A DNA stretch of 62,077 bases, filler included. It is 7 parts of 7 records of this genome, joined end to end, with 100 filler letters (N's around TTAATTAATTAA, not from the genome) between each part and the next. Parts side by side here need not be neighbours in the genome. Positions count along the whole stretch, not along the records: positions 31,211 to 40,325 come from SRR31147125_4658; positions 40,426 to 47,962 come from SRR31147125_4688; 5 more parts are not named here. One strand, given 5' to 3'. A program made the translations under genes and the position numbers. The notes under the pieces are model-generated. The model searched no databases. It saw only the letters and a list, made by a program, of their open reading frames with translations, and was not told where the DNA came from. How positions within the stretch are numbered: the first letter of the stretch is position 1; each line of letters opens with the position of its first letter. Shown piece after piece: positions 31,562-40,753 of the stretch.

Positions 31562-32905
31562 TTACTGTCGGACTTTTATTCGATCCTCTTTTGTCAGGCC
31601 GGATCGCACCTCCGTATGGATCCCATCCGAGAGCCCCACCTCAATGCTTCGCCGCTGAAAGATGCCGCTTTTGGGGGCGGTTTCCACCTCGACAAACACC
31701 CCGTCTTCTTGAAACATCAAATTCCCCTCTTCAACGGCAAGCACCTCTTCCCTTTGATCCAGAACGATATCGGCCCCTGCCGAATATCCGGCGCGGATGA
31801 AGAAATTGTCTTTCAGCTCCACCCTGGCCCGGATTTTAAACTGGATGGTGCCGCTCTGCTCGCTTCCTTTAGGTGCTATGTGCTCGATTTGGGCATTGAA
31901 ACGGGCATTTTCGATGGCGCCGATGGTCAGAATCAACGGCATGCCGATGGCAATTTTGTTGATCTCAGACTCATCCACATATCCCTCGAACACCATATCC
32001 GACATATCCGCCACAATGGCGATGGTGGTGCCCGAAGATTGCGTGCTGGTCTCCACCACCGGACTTCCTTCCTTGACCGGGATATCCAGCACCATACCGT
32101 CAATGGTGGCACGGATCAGGGTGTTGCTCTTTTCCGGGGATGAGGCAAAATTGCCTTCACTGATGAGTAAGAGATTGTTTTTTGAGGCAATCAACTCTTC
32201 TTCGGCGGATTTCAGGCCGATTTGAGCATCCTGAAGCTCGGCTTCCGTATTGTCCAATGTTTCCGCTTTCAGCATCCGTAGATTCCGCCGGGCTTTCCGG
32301 TGGGATTCCCGAACTCTTTTCAGATGGAGTTCTGCATCTTGAAAATCGGACTCCGGAACGATATGCTGTTCAAACAACTTCTTTTGACGCTGATAATCTT
32401 TCTCTGCATCGGCAAGATCCAGTCGGGCGGTCTCCAGCTCCAGTTCCGCCTGGTTCAGCCTCAATAAATGGGGGGACTCTTTCTTCACCTTGATTTTTCC
32501 CATGGAGATGGTTTGCTCATATCGCTTTTTGACGCGATGGTGAGTCCGCCTGGCATCCTCCAGCATGATTTGCGCCCGACTCACTCTGGCTTCCGCCTCG
32601 TTGACCCGAAGCATGCTGGGGATCAGTTTGATGGTGGCCAGGACATCTCCCTTTCTCACCGCTTTTCCGGCCTCCACCGGCAACGTATCGATGACACCTG
32701 AAATCTGAGACTTGATCTGGATCTCCTTTCTGGGAATTACGGAACCGGAGGCCACCGTTTTTTTGGTAATATCCATAATTACCGGCTGAACGGTTCGATA
32801 AATGATCTTTTTGGGCTGGGATTGCCGATAGAGATAGAAAAGCGTTCCTGCCATCACCGAAATGAGCATCAATACCGCACTGATACGAATCAAATTCTTA
32901 AACAT
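31562..32905 (-). CDS. MacA/HlyD-type periplasmic adaptor
   Basis: N-terminal TM helix, IKSQISGVI..L.V.AG, IRATIDGMV, VDESEI, VGLSDG. Confidence 0.9.
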   Translation of the reverse strand: MFKNLIRISAVLMLISVMAGTLFYLYRQSQPKKIIYRTVQPVIMDITKKTVASGSVIPRKEIQIKSQISGVIDTLPVEAGKAVRKGDVLATIKLIPSMLRVNEAEARVSRAQIMLEDARRTHHRVKKRYEQTISMGKIKVKKESPHLLRLNQAELELETARLDLADAEKDYQRQKKLFEQHIVPESDFQDAELHLKRVRESHRKARRNLRMLKAETLDNTEAELQDAQIGLKSAEEELIASKNNLLLISEGNFASSPEKSNTLIRATIDGMVLDIPVKEGSPVVETSTQSSGTTIAIVADMSDMVFEGYVDESEINKIAIGMPLILTIGAIENARFNAQIEHIAPKGSEQSGTIQFKIRARVELKDNFFIRAGYSAGADIVLDQREEVLAVEEGNLMFQEDGVFVEVETAPKSGIFQRRSIEVGLSDGIHTEVRSGLTKEDRIKVRQ

Positions 32906-32931
32906 GTCAAATCCAAAACGATCTATTTTCT

Positions 32932-34196
32932 TTAACGTTCAAATCTAAGGGCTTCCACCGGCTTCATTCCAATGGCTCGAAGCGCAGGCATAATGCCGGC
33001 CACAACCCCGCCGGAACTCAAAACAGCCAACGCTGCCAATGCTGCAGTAAATCCAATCCGGGGATCTTGAAACATTTGAGCGTCGACGTTCATGTAATCC
33101 ATCACTCGACTCACCACCTCCAAAACGGCAACACCGAAAATCAGCGCAGCATACCCCGGAAGAGAGGTCAATAAAAGTGTTTCCAAAACAATCTGACGCC
33201 CAATGACAAAGGGGGATGCGCCAACTGCGCGTCTAATGCCGATTTCCGCCGTGCGCTCCCGCACCACAATCATCATGATATTGGAGATCCCCATGATCCC
33301 GGCCATCAATGAAAAGGTTCCCACAAACCAGACCAGAAATCGGATCCCCATGAACAAATCGGATATTTTACGAAACTCATTGGACATATCCCAGAACCCA
33401 AAGGCCCGCTCGTCATCCGGTGCCAGATGGTGGCGCTTTGCCATGAGACGCATCACCTCTTTTCTCACACCGTCGGAGTCAAAGCCGGGCTTTACGCTGA
33501 TGGAGAACCATCCGACTTGATCTCCCCGACGAAACACTTTCTGGAATGTGCTCAGAGGAAGAAATACCGCTTTGGCATCCTCTTCCTGGCGTTCGCTGTT
33601 TTTGTTGGGAAGATCGAACAGTCCCACCACCTGAAAATCAACGCCGTTAACCCGGATATATTTTCCAATGGGATTCTCTCCCGAAGCAAAAAGAATGGGA
33701 ACGCCGGCACTCCCCAAAACCGCCACTTTTCGTTTTTCCTCAATGTCGATACGATTCAAAAACCGCCCCTTTTTCATACTCAAAAGCCGGATATCCTTGA
33801 TTGCCGGCTCATCCCCATAAATGGTGGTAGTGGCGGTTTTATCTTTGTACATGACATTGTTTTTTTCCTCATCGCCTCGAATCCTTGCCCGGGGGCCAGA
33901 ACCTCTATTCCGGGAAGCGTTTCCCGCAACAGCCGGGTATCGTCATTGGTGAAGTTAAATCGCCGTCCAACGCCATATCCTTTATAGGGCTTTGTGGTGG
34001 AGCTGCACCAAATAAAAAAACTGTTGGTCACATAGTCGCCAAAGGAGCTGTATACACCGTTTCTGAGGCCATTGCCGGTGCCCACCAGAATGACCAACAT
34101 GAAGATTCCCCAGAACACCCCGAAAACAGTCAACAGAGAGCGGAGTCGATTCTGTTTGATGGTGTGACCTATTTCTTGAAAAAAATCGTTACTCAT
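32932..34196 (-). CDS. MacB/FtsX-type ABC permease, frameshift near 33860
   Basis: NRLRSLLTVFGVFWGIFML, GRFLN, NIMMIVVRERTAEIGIRRAVGA, PVEALR. Confidence 0.9.
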
Positions 34197-34213
34197 TACT
34201 TCCCATTCATGGA

Positions 34214-34308
34214 TTGATCACGGACAACTCACTGACCACTGACCGGCCACGGACGGCTTACCGGGCAGCCACAGACGGCTTACCGACCGATCATGGATGA
34301 TGTTTACC
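34214..34308. repeat. Degenerate ~21-bp direct repeats between the two permease genes
   Basis: GCCACGGACGGCTTACCG and GCCACAGACGGCTTACCG, flanked by weaker GATCACGGAC / GATCATGGAT copies. Confidence 0.6.
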
Positions 34309-34340
34309 AAATTTTCAATCAATCATTGATTCGACATTCG

Positions 34341-35637
34341 TCACTCATCCCTCAATGCTTCCACGGGCCGAATGCGTGATGCCCGGAGGGCCGGAAAGAG
34401 ACCTGCCGTCACACCGGAAAATACCAGAATGGCCAAGGCACCGAATGCAATACCCAAGTCGATCTCCGGATTTTTGAAGTATTCCACACCGGTCAGCATG
34501 TTCCCCAATAATTCAAGCAGTGCCACTCCGGCAACAATACCGAGATAACCAAAGCCAACCGTGATCAGTAAGGACTCCATCAGGATCATGCGAATAATGG
34601 CGCCGGGCGGTGCCCCCAGGGCCTTTCGAATTCCAATTTCCTTTGTTCTTTCCCGGACTGTAATGAGCATGATATTGCTGATTCCCACAATACCTGCCAC
34701 AATCGACCCCATGCCGATCACCCAGATGAATCGCCGGATATTGGCAAAAAGCGCCATATATTTTCGATATTCCGCCAGTGTATTGTAAAAAAAGTGCTCG
34801 GCGATCCTCTGTCGAAAAATGATGCCGACGGGCTAAAATTTGTCTGATATCGCTCTCGATCTGCTCTTCTTCTTTATCGCTTTTAACGGTCATGACCATA
34901 TTATGAAGGCGTTCGTTTCGAGAAAAGACCCGCTGAAATGTCGAAATGGGAATATAGATCCGCTCCAGCTGCCATCGATCGTCGGGATCATCGAAAACAC
35001 CCACCACCCGGAAAGGAATTCCTTTGATATAGATGTATTTACCAATGGGTGTATCGGAAACCGGCGACGTTACTCCCTCAGCCCCCGGACCATGACTTCG
35101 GCTCATTGGGATCATTCCATTGTTTCTTTGAAACAGCTCTTTTTGAACATTTTTTCCGATGATGGCCACCTTCCTGGCTGTTGTATCATCAGGAAAATGA
35201 AGCAGTCGCCCCAAAACCGCTTGAGAGTGCTCGATCTTCATATAATCGGGATGAACACCAAGTACAAAAAAACGGCCTGATATCGATCCATGACGTACGA
35301 TTGTATTGTAGTTCAGATAAGATCGACCGGAGCTCAACTCTCGTTGAGAAATGGACCGATCCAGCTCGGAAAGATCGTCGTTGTAAAATAGGATATGCCG
35401 TCCCTGTTTGAATCCGGTGTGGGCAATGGAGGTTTGACCGGGATTGATCCAAATGGAGTTGACGGCATCTTTCTCAAAAGATTGGCGCACTCCGTTCTCC
35501 ATCCCCCGGCCCGCACCCAGCAGTAAAATGAGCATAAAAATACCCCAGGATACGGTCAGTCCCGTCAGGAAAGTCCGGAGTCTGTTTTTCTCCAGCGTAT
35601 AGAATATCTCTTGGAATTGATCCCAAAGGGTGTTCAT
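34341..35637 (-). CDS. MacB/FtsX-type ABC permease, frameshift near 34790
   Basis: NRLRTFLTG..WGIFMLILLLG, NIMLITVRERTKEIGIRKALGA, PVEALRDE. Confidence 0.9.
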
Positions 35638-36316
35638 ACCGTTACTGTATTGTCCGACAGCATCACGCCGTCTTGCATCCGCACCACCCGATGGGTCATG
35701 GCCGCAATGTCTTTTTCATGGGTGATCACCACCACCGTGATTTTCTCTTCTCGATTGATCTCATTGAAAAGTTTCATCACCTCAAGGCTGGTGGCGCTAT
35801 CCAATGCACCGGTGGGTTCATCAGCCAAAATCACCCGGGGGAAGTGATGAGGGCCCTGGCAATGGCCACCCGCTGTTTCTGTCCACCGGAGAGCTCTGCC
35901 GGGAGATGATGGGCCCACGGTTTCAATCCCACCTTTTCAAGATAGGTCATGGCTTTATTATCCCGTTTTTTTCGAGACATTTTCCGATAAGAGAGAGGGA
36001 GTGCCACATTTTCCAAGGCATTTTTAAAGGGGATCAGATGAAAGGATTGAAATACAAACCCAATGTATCGATTTCTCAATCGAGCCGCTTCGGTTTCACT
36101 CAGTTTTGCCATCACCTTGCCATCCAGCCGATACTCACCGCTGTCATGATCGTCAAGAAGTCCCATGATATTCATGAGGGTGGACTTTCCCGAACCGGAT
36201 GACCCCATGATGGCCACCATTTCAGCGCTGTCGACCGAAAGATCGACCCCTTTTAAAACATGCAGACGACTGGCACCGGTATGGTAGGTTTTATGGATCC
36301 GTTTCAATGAAATCAT
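35634..36316 (-). CDS. ABC transporter ATP-binding subunit (LolD/MacB type), frameshift near 35840
   Basis: GSSGSGKST, LSGGQKQRVAIARAL, then ILADEPTGALD and ITHE in the shifted frame. Confidence 0.92.
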
Positions 36317-37152
36317 TAGTTAAATACGATTTGACTCCGGATCCGTTGAACCGTTTCCACATCCGGAGTAAAGGGAATCTCGGGCGGATCGGGAAGCGCA
36401 ATGCGATGGGAATCGGCAAACGGCGTTTCCAGAATCTTTAAATTGTACGCCTTGACCATGAGGGTTTCCAAGTTGACCACATCCTCAATATTATATGCCA
36501 AAAGTGTCTCCAAGGCTTTTGCGGTATTGTTTCGTTGATAGTCCCGCCACAGGTAGACGGCAAAAAAACCATCCACCCCATCGAGATCCCCCCGGTCAAT
36601 ACCCATTTTCTTTTCACACGCTTTCAAGCCCCCGCCATATCCCAAACTCTTCAGCACATACCGTAGATCGATATGCACATGGGGAACCGTCATCCGAAAA
36701 TATCGTTCGATGAAAGGGATATCAAAACATTTCCCATTGTAGGTGACCACTGTTGAATAGTTCGCCAATGCATCGGGAAAGGTATCGAGATTATCCCCAT
36801 TGACAAAATATTGAATTTTCTCCCCATCATAAAGGGCAATGGTGGTAATCTCATCATACCCTTCCATGCCGGTGGTTTCGATATCGAGATAGGCCGCACC
36901 GGATCGCACTTCCGGAAAAAACCGCCAATGAAGCTGAGTCGGCAGCATGGACTCGAAATATTGAAACTCATTGTTTTCCATACGGGCTTGGGATTCATTC
37001 ACATAACCACTCAATTTGGCTCGTCTTTTTTCCGACAATCCACTGATTTCCGACAGACGAATATCATCCCAGCTCATAAAACCGGCATCCCATAATTTCC
37101 GTTCACTTTTTGTACCGATCCCCGGCATATGATGAAACGTATTTTTAAGCAT
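36316..37152 (-). CDS. YprB-like RNase H-fold (DEDD-like) nuclease with N-terminal helix-hairpin-helix
   Basis: HMPGIGTKSERKLW, YLDIETTG, TYNGKCFD, GGLKACEK, YNIEDV. The stop overlaps the ATPase ATG (TAATG). ATG 37152 preferred over GTG 37248. Confidence 0.85.
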   Translation of the reverse strand: MLKNTFHHMPGIGTKSERKLWDAGFMSWDDIRLSEISGLSEKRRAKLSGYVNESQARMENNEFQYFESMLPTQLHWRFFPEVRSGAAYLDIETTGMEGYDEITTIALYDGEKIQYFVNGDNLDTFPDALANYSTVVTYNGKCFDIPFIERYFRMTVPHVHIDLRYVLKSLGYGGGLKACEKKMGIDRGDLDGVDGFFAVYLWRDYQRNNTAKALETLLAYNIEDVVNLETLMVKAYNLKILETPFADSHRIALPDPPEIPFTPDVETVQRIRSQIVFN

Positions 37153-37343
37153 TGACCAATCCCACTCGTTTCTTTCATTTTTTTCGACACGCTTCATTTC
37201 CCGCTTTACATTTTTCATGACAAAATGCCCTTTTTGGGGGAATCCCACTCTAAAAAGTGTGAAGCTCTTTTAAGGCGGTATGAAGGACGCCTAATTTTTT
37301 ATAACATTTATTCTCTTCTCAAGTGTCATAACCTCTCTTTTTT

Positions 37344-37391
37344 ACACCACATGTAGACAAGCCTATAGCCATCAAATACAATATATAGTGT
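37344..37391. promoter_or_regulatory. Tandem NrdR-like boxes
   Basis: ACACCACATGTAGACA (37344-37359) and ATACAATATATAGTGT (37376-37391) versus consensus acaCwAtATaTwGtgt; starts are 32 bp apart. Confidence 0.65.
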
Positions 37392-37466
37392 TTAATCCGA
37401 GAGCTTATGACAGAAGAAATTCTCTTTTACCATTTTTTTATTTTTCAATCCAATGGGAAAATTCTC

Positions 37467-37494
37467 TTGACGCCCATGAATAAAACTCTATCAT
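37467..37494 (+). promoter_or_regulatory. Sigma70 promoter for the sORF/5'-nucleotidase transcript
   Basis: TTGACG-16-TATCAT, with AAGGAG just downstream. Confidence 0.55.
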
Positions 37495-37520
37495 CATAAC
37501 AAGGTAAGGAGTGAAATGAT

Positions 37521-37667
37521 ATGGTAATTTTAATAACGGCCATGGCAAATCCACTTGCCGCAGCACCGCATAAAAACTCGCCATTCAATGATCCATGGGC
37601 CAAGCGCTTTCGGCGGGCTAATGCCGCTTGCCGGAGTAATAAACAGCATAAGGAAACAGATCTTTGA
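37521..37667 (+). CDS. Putative 48-aa upstream ORF coupled to the 5'-nucleotidase
   Basis: AAGGAG RBS 9 nt upstream. MVILITAMANPLAAAPHKNSPFNDPWAKRFRRANAACRSNKQHKETDL. Its TGA overlaps the nucleotidase TTG start. Confidence 0.35.
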   Translation: MVILITAMANPLAAAPHKNSPFNDPWAKRFRRANAACRSNKQHKETDL

Positions 37668-38659
37668 AACCGTTGGATCTATCACAGATATTTGTTGTGG
37701 GAATATCTGCCACCGCGCTATTTGATTTGAGTGAGACCGACCGTATTTTCAAGGAAACCTCCAAGCAGGATCCGGACAATGCCATCGATATTTACCGAAC
37801 ACAGATGATGGCCAGAGAAGAGGATCCATTATCCCCCGGTACCGGATATCCGCTGGTCAAAGCGCTCTTGAATCTCAATCGTTTTCAAATTAAAAATGAA
37901 CCGCCTCTGGTGGAAGTGGTGGTGATGTCCAGAAACAGCCCCGACTCCGGCATCTGTGTACTTAACTCCATCAGATACCATGAATTGGGGATTTCAAGAT
38001 CGGCCTTTACCGCCGGAGAGTCTGTGGTGGCATACCTGGATGCCTTTGATGTCGATCTTTTTTTGACCACCAACGCTGAGGATGCCCAAAAAGTGATCGA
38101 CAGCAGGGCGTGTGCCGCCGCCGTGGTCACCGCCCCACCAAAAGAAAAAATGGCTGAAATGGAAGATGACTGCGATCAGGTGAGAATCGCCTTTGACGGC
38201 GATGCCGTTCTCTTTGATGAGAGCAGTGAAATTGTTTATAAAACCAAGGGGCTCTCCCAATTTCAAAAAGAAGAGGATGAAAAACAAAATATCCCCATGG
38301 AAGAAGGCCCTTATGCCACATTACTAAAAAAACTTTCCCACCTGCAGGATCGTCTCCCCATACGGATGGAGTTCTCCCCGGTCAGAATGGCACTGGTCAC
38401 GGCCAGAAACAGCCCGGCTGAAATGCGGGTCATCAAAACCCTTCGGCATTGGGGCGTTTATATCGACGAGGCCTTTTTTCTCGGCGGTGTCGGAAAAGAT
38501 AAGGTCCTGGAAGCATTCAAGCCCCACATATTTTTTGATGACACGTGTATCCATCTCGATACGGCATCCAAAATTGTCCCATCCGGCAGAGTCCTTTATC
38601 GAAGTGAATCCCAACTGAATGAGTCCCCCCATGCCCTCCACACCAATGAAAAAAAATAA
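37664..38659 (+). CDS. 5'-nucleotidase (cytosolic cN-I-like HAD family)
   Basis: VGISATALFDL, VEVVVMSRNSP, RIAFDGDAVLF, LVTARNSPA, DEAFFLGG, PHIFFDD. Confidence 0.9.
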   Translation: MKPLDLSQIFVVGISATALFDLSETDRIFKETSKQDPDNAIDIYRTQMMAREEDPLSPGTGYPLVKALLNLNRFQIKNEPPLVEVVVMSRNSPDSGICVLNSIRYHELGISRSAFTAGESVVAYLDAFDVDLFLTTNAEDAQKVIDSRACAAAVVTAPPKEKMAEMEDDCDQVRIAFDGDAVLFDESSEIVYKTKGLSQFQKEEDEKQNIPMEEGPYATLLKKLSHLQDRLPIRMEFSPVRMALVTARNSPAEMRVIKTLRHWGVYIDEAFFLGGVGKDKVLEAFKPHIFFDDTCIHLDTASKIVPSGRVLYRSESQLNESPHALHTNEKK

Positions 38660-38666
38660 AGATATC

Positions 38667-39593
38667 ATGCCGTACACCGGCAAAATACTCAATGAATCTT
38701 CTTATACAAAAGGATTACAAAATCGGTTGGAAGAAGCGATCCACGCCTACCGACATATGGAACGCATCGGCACGCCGTCCATGCTCTATATTGCTGCCTG
38801 GAAAAAAGATGATCCGATCATTTGGTATGAATATATCTGCTCAACGCTTCCCCGCCTGTTGGGATGTCGTCCGGAAGAGGCCGCAAAACAGTTTCTCGAC
38901 AGCGTTGAAGAGCGTCGCATATACAAATATACCGACTTGCAGACAAATAGAGGTATAAGTAGGAACATAGAAGCGACGGAAGGCGTAGAAAATACAGATC
39001 CGGCAAACGCCACCGTCACCAATAAAGCAACGTCTCAAAAGCGACAGCCTGAAAATAAAAAAGACAACATTACAAATGAACTTCAGCGACAAAGAACGAT
39101 TAAAAAAGAGCTTCTTCCCCAAAATGAACTCAAAGGAGAAAGAGATAGCCTGAGAAACGAAAGTATCTCTGCCGGTGCCACGGAGGCTGTTTATAAACTC
39201 CGTTTAAACGATAAAACAAATAAAAGTATTTGGGTAAAAGACATCGCCGATATTGAATGGTATCCCCAGGATAACATATTTCTATCTTTAGGGAGCCTGA
39301 CGGACGTCACAAAAGAGATGACCGCAGAAGAGGAACGAGAAGCGCTTTTGCTCCAATTGCAAGAAGCGCTTGAAAAGGTCAAGGTGCTCAGCGGCTTGCT
39401 GCCTATTTGCGCCAACTGCAAGCAGATTCGGGACGACAAAGGATATTGGAAGCAGATAGAAACCTACATCAGCGCCCACTCCGATGTTAAATTTTCCCAC
39501 GGCATTTGTCCCGACTGCGCGCAGAAACTCTATCCCGATCTTTTCAAAGACAAAAAACCCGGAACCCGCCGTAAGAAAAAAGGAAAAGCATGA
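38667..39593 (+). CDS. PAS-like sensor with C-terminal Cys-rich LPICxxCK/HGICPxC domain
   Basis: PAC-like IWVKD...GSLTDVT, a coiled coil, LLPICANCKQIRDDKGYW and SHGICPDC. Confidence 0.75.
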   Translation: MPYTGKILNESSYTKGLQNRLEEAIHAYRHMERIGTPSMLYIAAWKKDDPIIWYEYICSTLPRLLGCRPEEAAKQFLDSVEERRIYKYTDLQTNRGISRNIEATEGVENTDPANATVTNKATSQKRQPENKKDNITNELQRQRTIKKELLPQNELKGERDSLRNESISAGATEAVYKLRLNDKTNKSIWVKDIADIEWYPQDNIFLSLGSLTDVTKEMTAEEEREALLLQLQEALEKVKVLSGLLPICANCKQIRDDKGYWKQIETYISAHSDVKFSHGICPDCAQKLYPDLFKDKKPGTRRKKKGKA

Positions 39594-39760
39594 GTTCATG
39601 CACGATACCATCGACCTTGACTGCGCCTTGATTGTCATGTCGGTGGAATTCTCAATCCAATTGTGTCATTGGTTTCGTACGGATTTAGGTCCCACAGTTC
39701 CGATGCCAACCGTTCATTACCACAACCTTGGCCTCGCTTTCAAAAAAAGCATATTCCCCA

Positions 39761-40132
39761 TCACACATCCAGCCACGCCATGGCCGATTCAAATGTTGAA
39801 AAAATCCTAACATGTCGAAATGGCCTTGCACATAATTGATAATATCGGACCATGGCCATTCCGGTTTCATTGGGAGAGTCAACCCAAATCGCATGCTTAG
39901 TACCATAAGCTTCCGGATTTTTTTTGATTAACTCGATGATTCGTTTTATTTCATTCAAATCACTTTTGAACGTGTATTCTCTCAAATCGATTAAAATATT
40001 GTAAGAAGGATGATAATCCGGATCTGAAAAGCGTCTTAGGTATTCACACTCAAAATCTTGAATACGGACATCCCCTCTGAACCAGTGCGTGATGATTTTT
40101 TTCTTAAAATCTATTTGATAACCGCAAGCCAT
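39761..40132 (-). CDS. Small SpoIIAA/STAS-SEC14-like protein
   Basis: GGAGGA RBS before ATG 40132. DPDYHPSYNILIDLRE, KHAIWV, RIFSTFESAMAWL. Confidence 0.7.
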   Translation of the reverse strand: MACGYQIDFKKKIITHWFRGDVRIQDFECEYLRRFSDPDYHPSYNILIDLREYTFKSDLNEIKRIIELIKKNPEAYGTKHAIWVDSPNETGMAMVRYYQLCARPFRHVRIFSTFESAMAWLDV

Positions 40133-40325
40133 GTTCCTCCCATGTTCACAGAATCTTAAATAAGTACCCAACCAAAATTAATTCGATAGAATCCCTAATG
40201 AAAAATATCGCATTTAATTTGCTCATGTACTTAACGACCATGACAAATGGACTTGGCACAACAATGCATAAAAACCCTCGAATGACAATACTTCGGACAG
40301 TTTTTGTAAACACCTGTTTTTATTG

Positions 40326-40425
40326 NNNNNNNNNNNNNNNNNNNNNNNNNNNNNNNNNNNNNNNNNNNNTTAATTAATTAANNNNNNNNNNNNNNNNNNN
40401 NNNNNNNNNNNNNNNNNNNNNNNNN
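40326..40425. other. Artificial contig linker
   Basis: N44-TTAATTAATTAA-N44. Confidence 0.99.
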
Positions 40426-40426
40426 A

Positions 40427-40753
40427 AAAAGGGCTCTATTGGGTGCAGCGGCCGCACAATACTGTGATATAATTATTTTAACTGAAGAAGATCCCCGTCA
40501 GGAAAATCCGGACAGAATTTTTTCCGATATTCAGCAGGGAATCCCTGAAGAATTTACCGGAGAAGTTTTTGTTGAGCCTAACAGGTCCGATGCGATACGA
40601 TTCGCTCTGAACACATCAAATGATGGAGATACACTATTCTTTCTTGGGAAGGGTCATGAAACAACCATAGAATATGCGAATTATGTAAGACCATGGGATG
40701 AAGAACAGGCGATTATTTCCTGTATATATGGTTTCCGGGAGGATGGCTCATGA
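40427..40753 (+). CDS. murE: UDP-MurNAc-tripeptide synthetase, C-terminal fragment
   Basis: KRALLG...IILTEEDPRQE...RSDAI...LGKGHE...WDE. Confidence 0.88.
   Translation, partial: KRALLGAAAAQYCDIIILTEEDPRQENPDRIFSDIQQGIPEEFTGEVFVEPNRSDAIRFALNTSNDGDTLFFLGKGHETTIEYANYVRPWDEEQAIISCIYGFREDGS

Noticed and set aside
34214..34308. Mini CRISPR array
   Set aside because: The repeats are degenerate and nearly adjacent, with no unique 30-40 nt spacers and no cas genes.
31556..36202. Numerous plus-strand ORFs opposite the exporter operon, and similar antisense ORFs elsewhere
   Set aside because: They are shadow frames of well-supported genes and carry no recognisable motifs.
37535..37640. c-di-GMP-I riboswitch in the nucleotidase leader
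   Set aside because: GGCAAA is present, but the GNRA-capped P2 and the CGCAAAGC junction are not.
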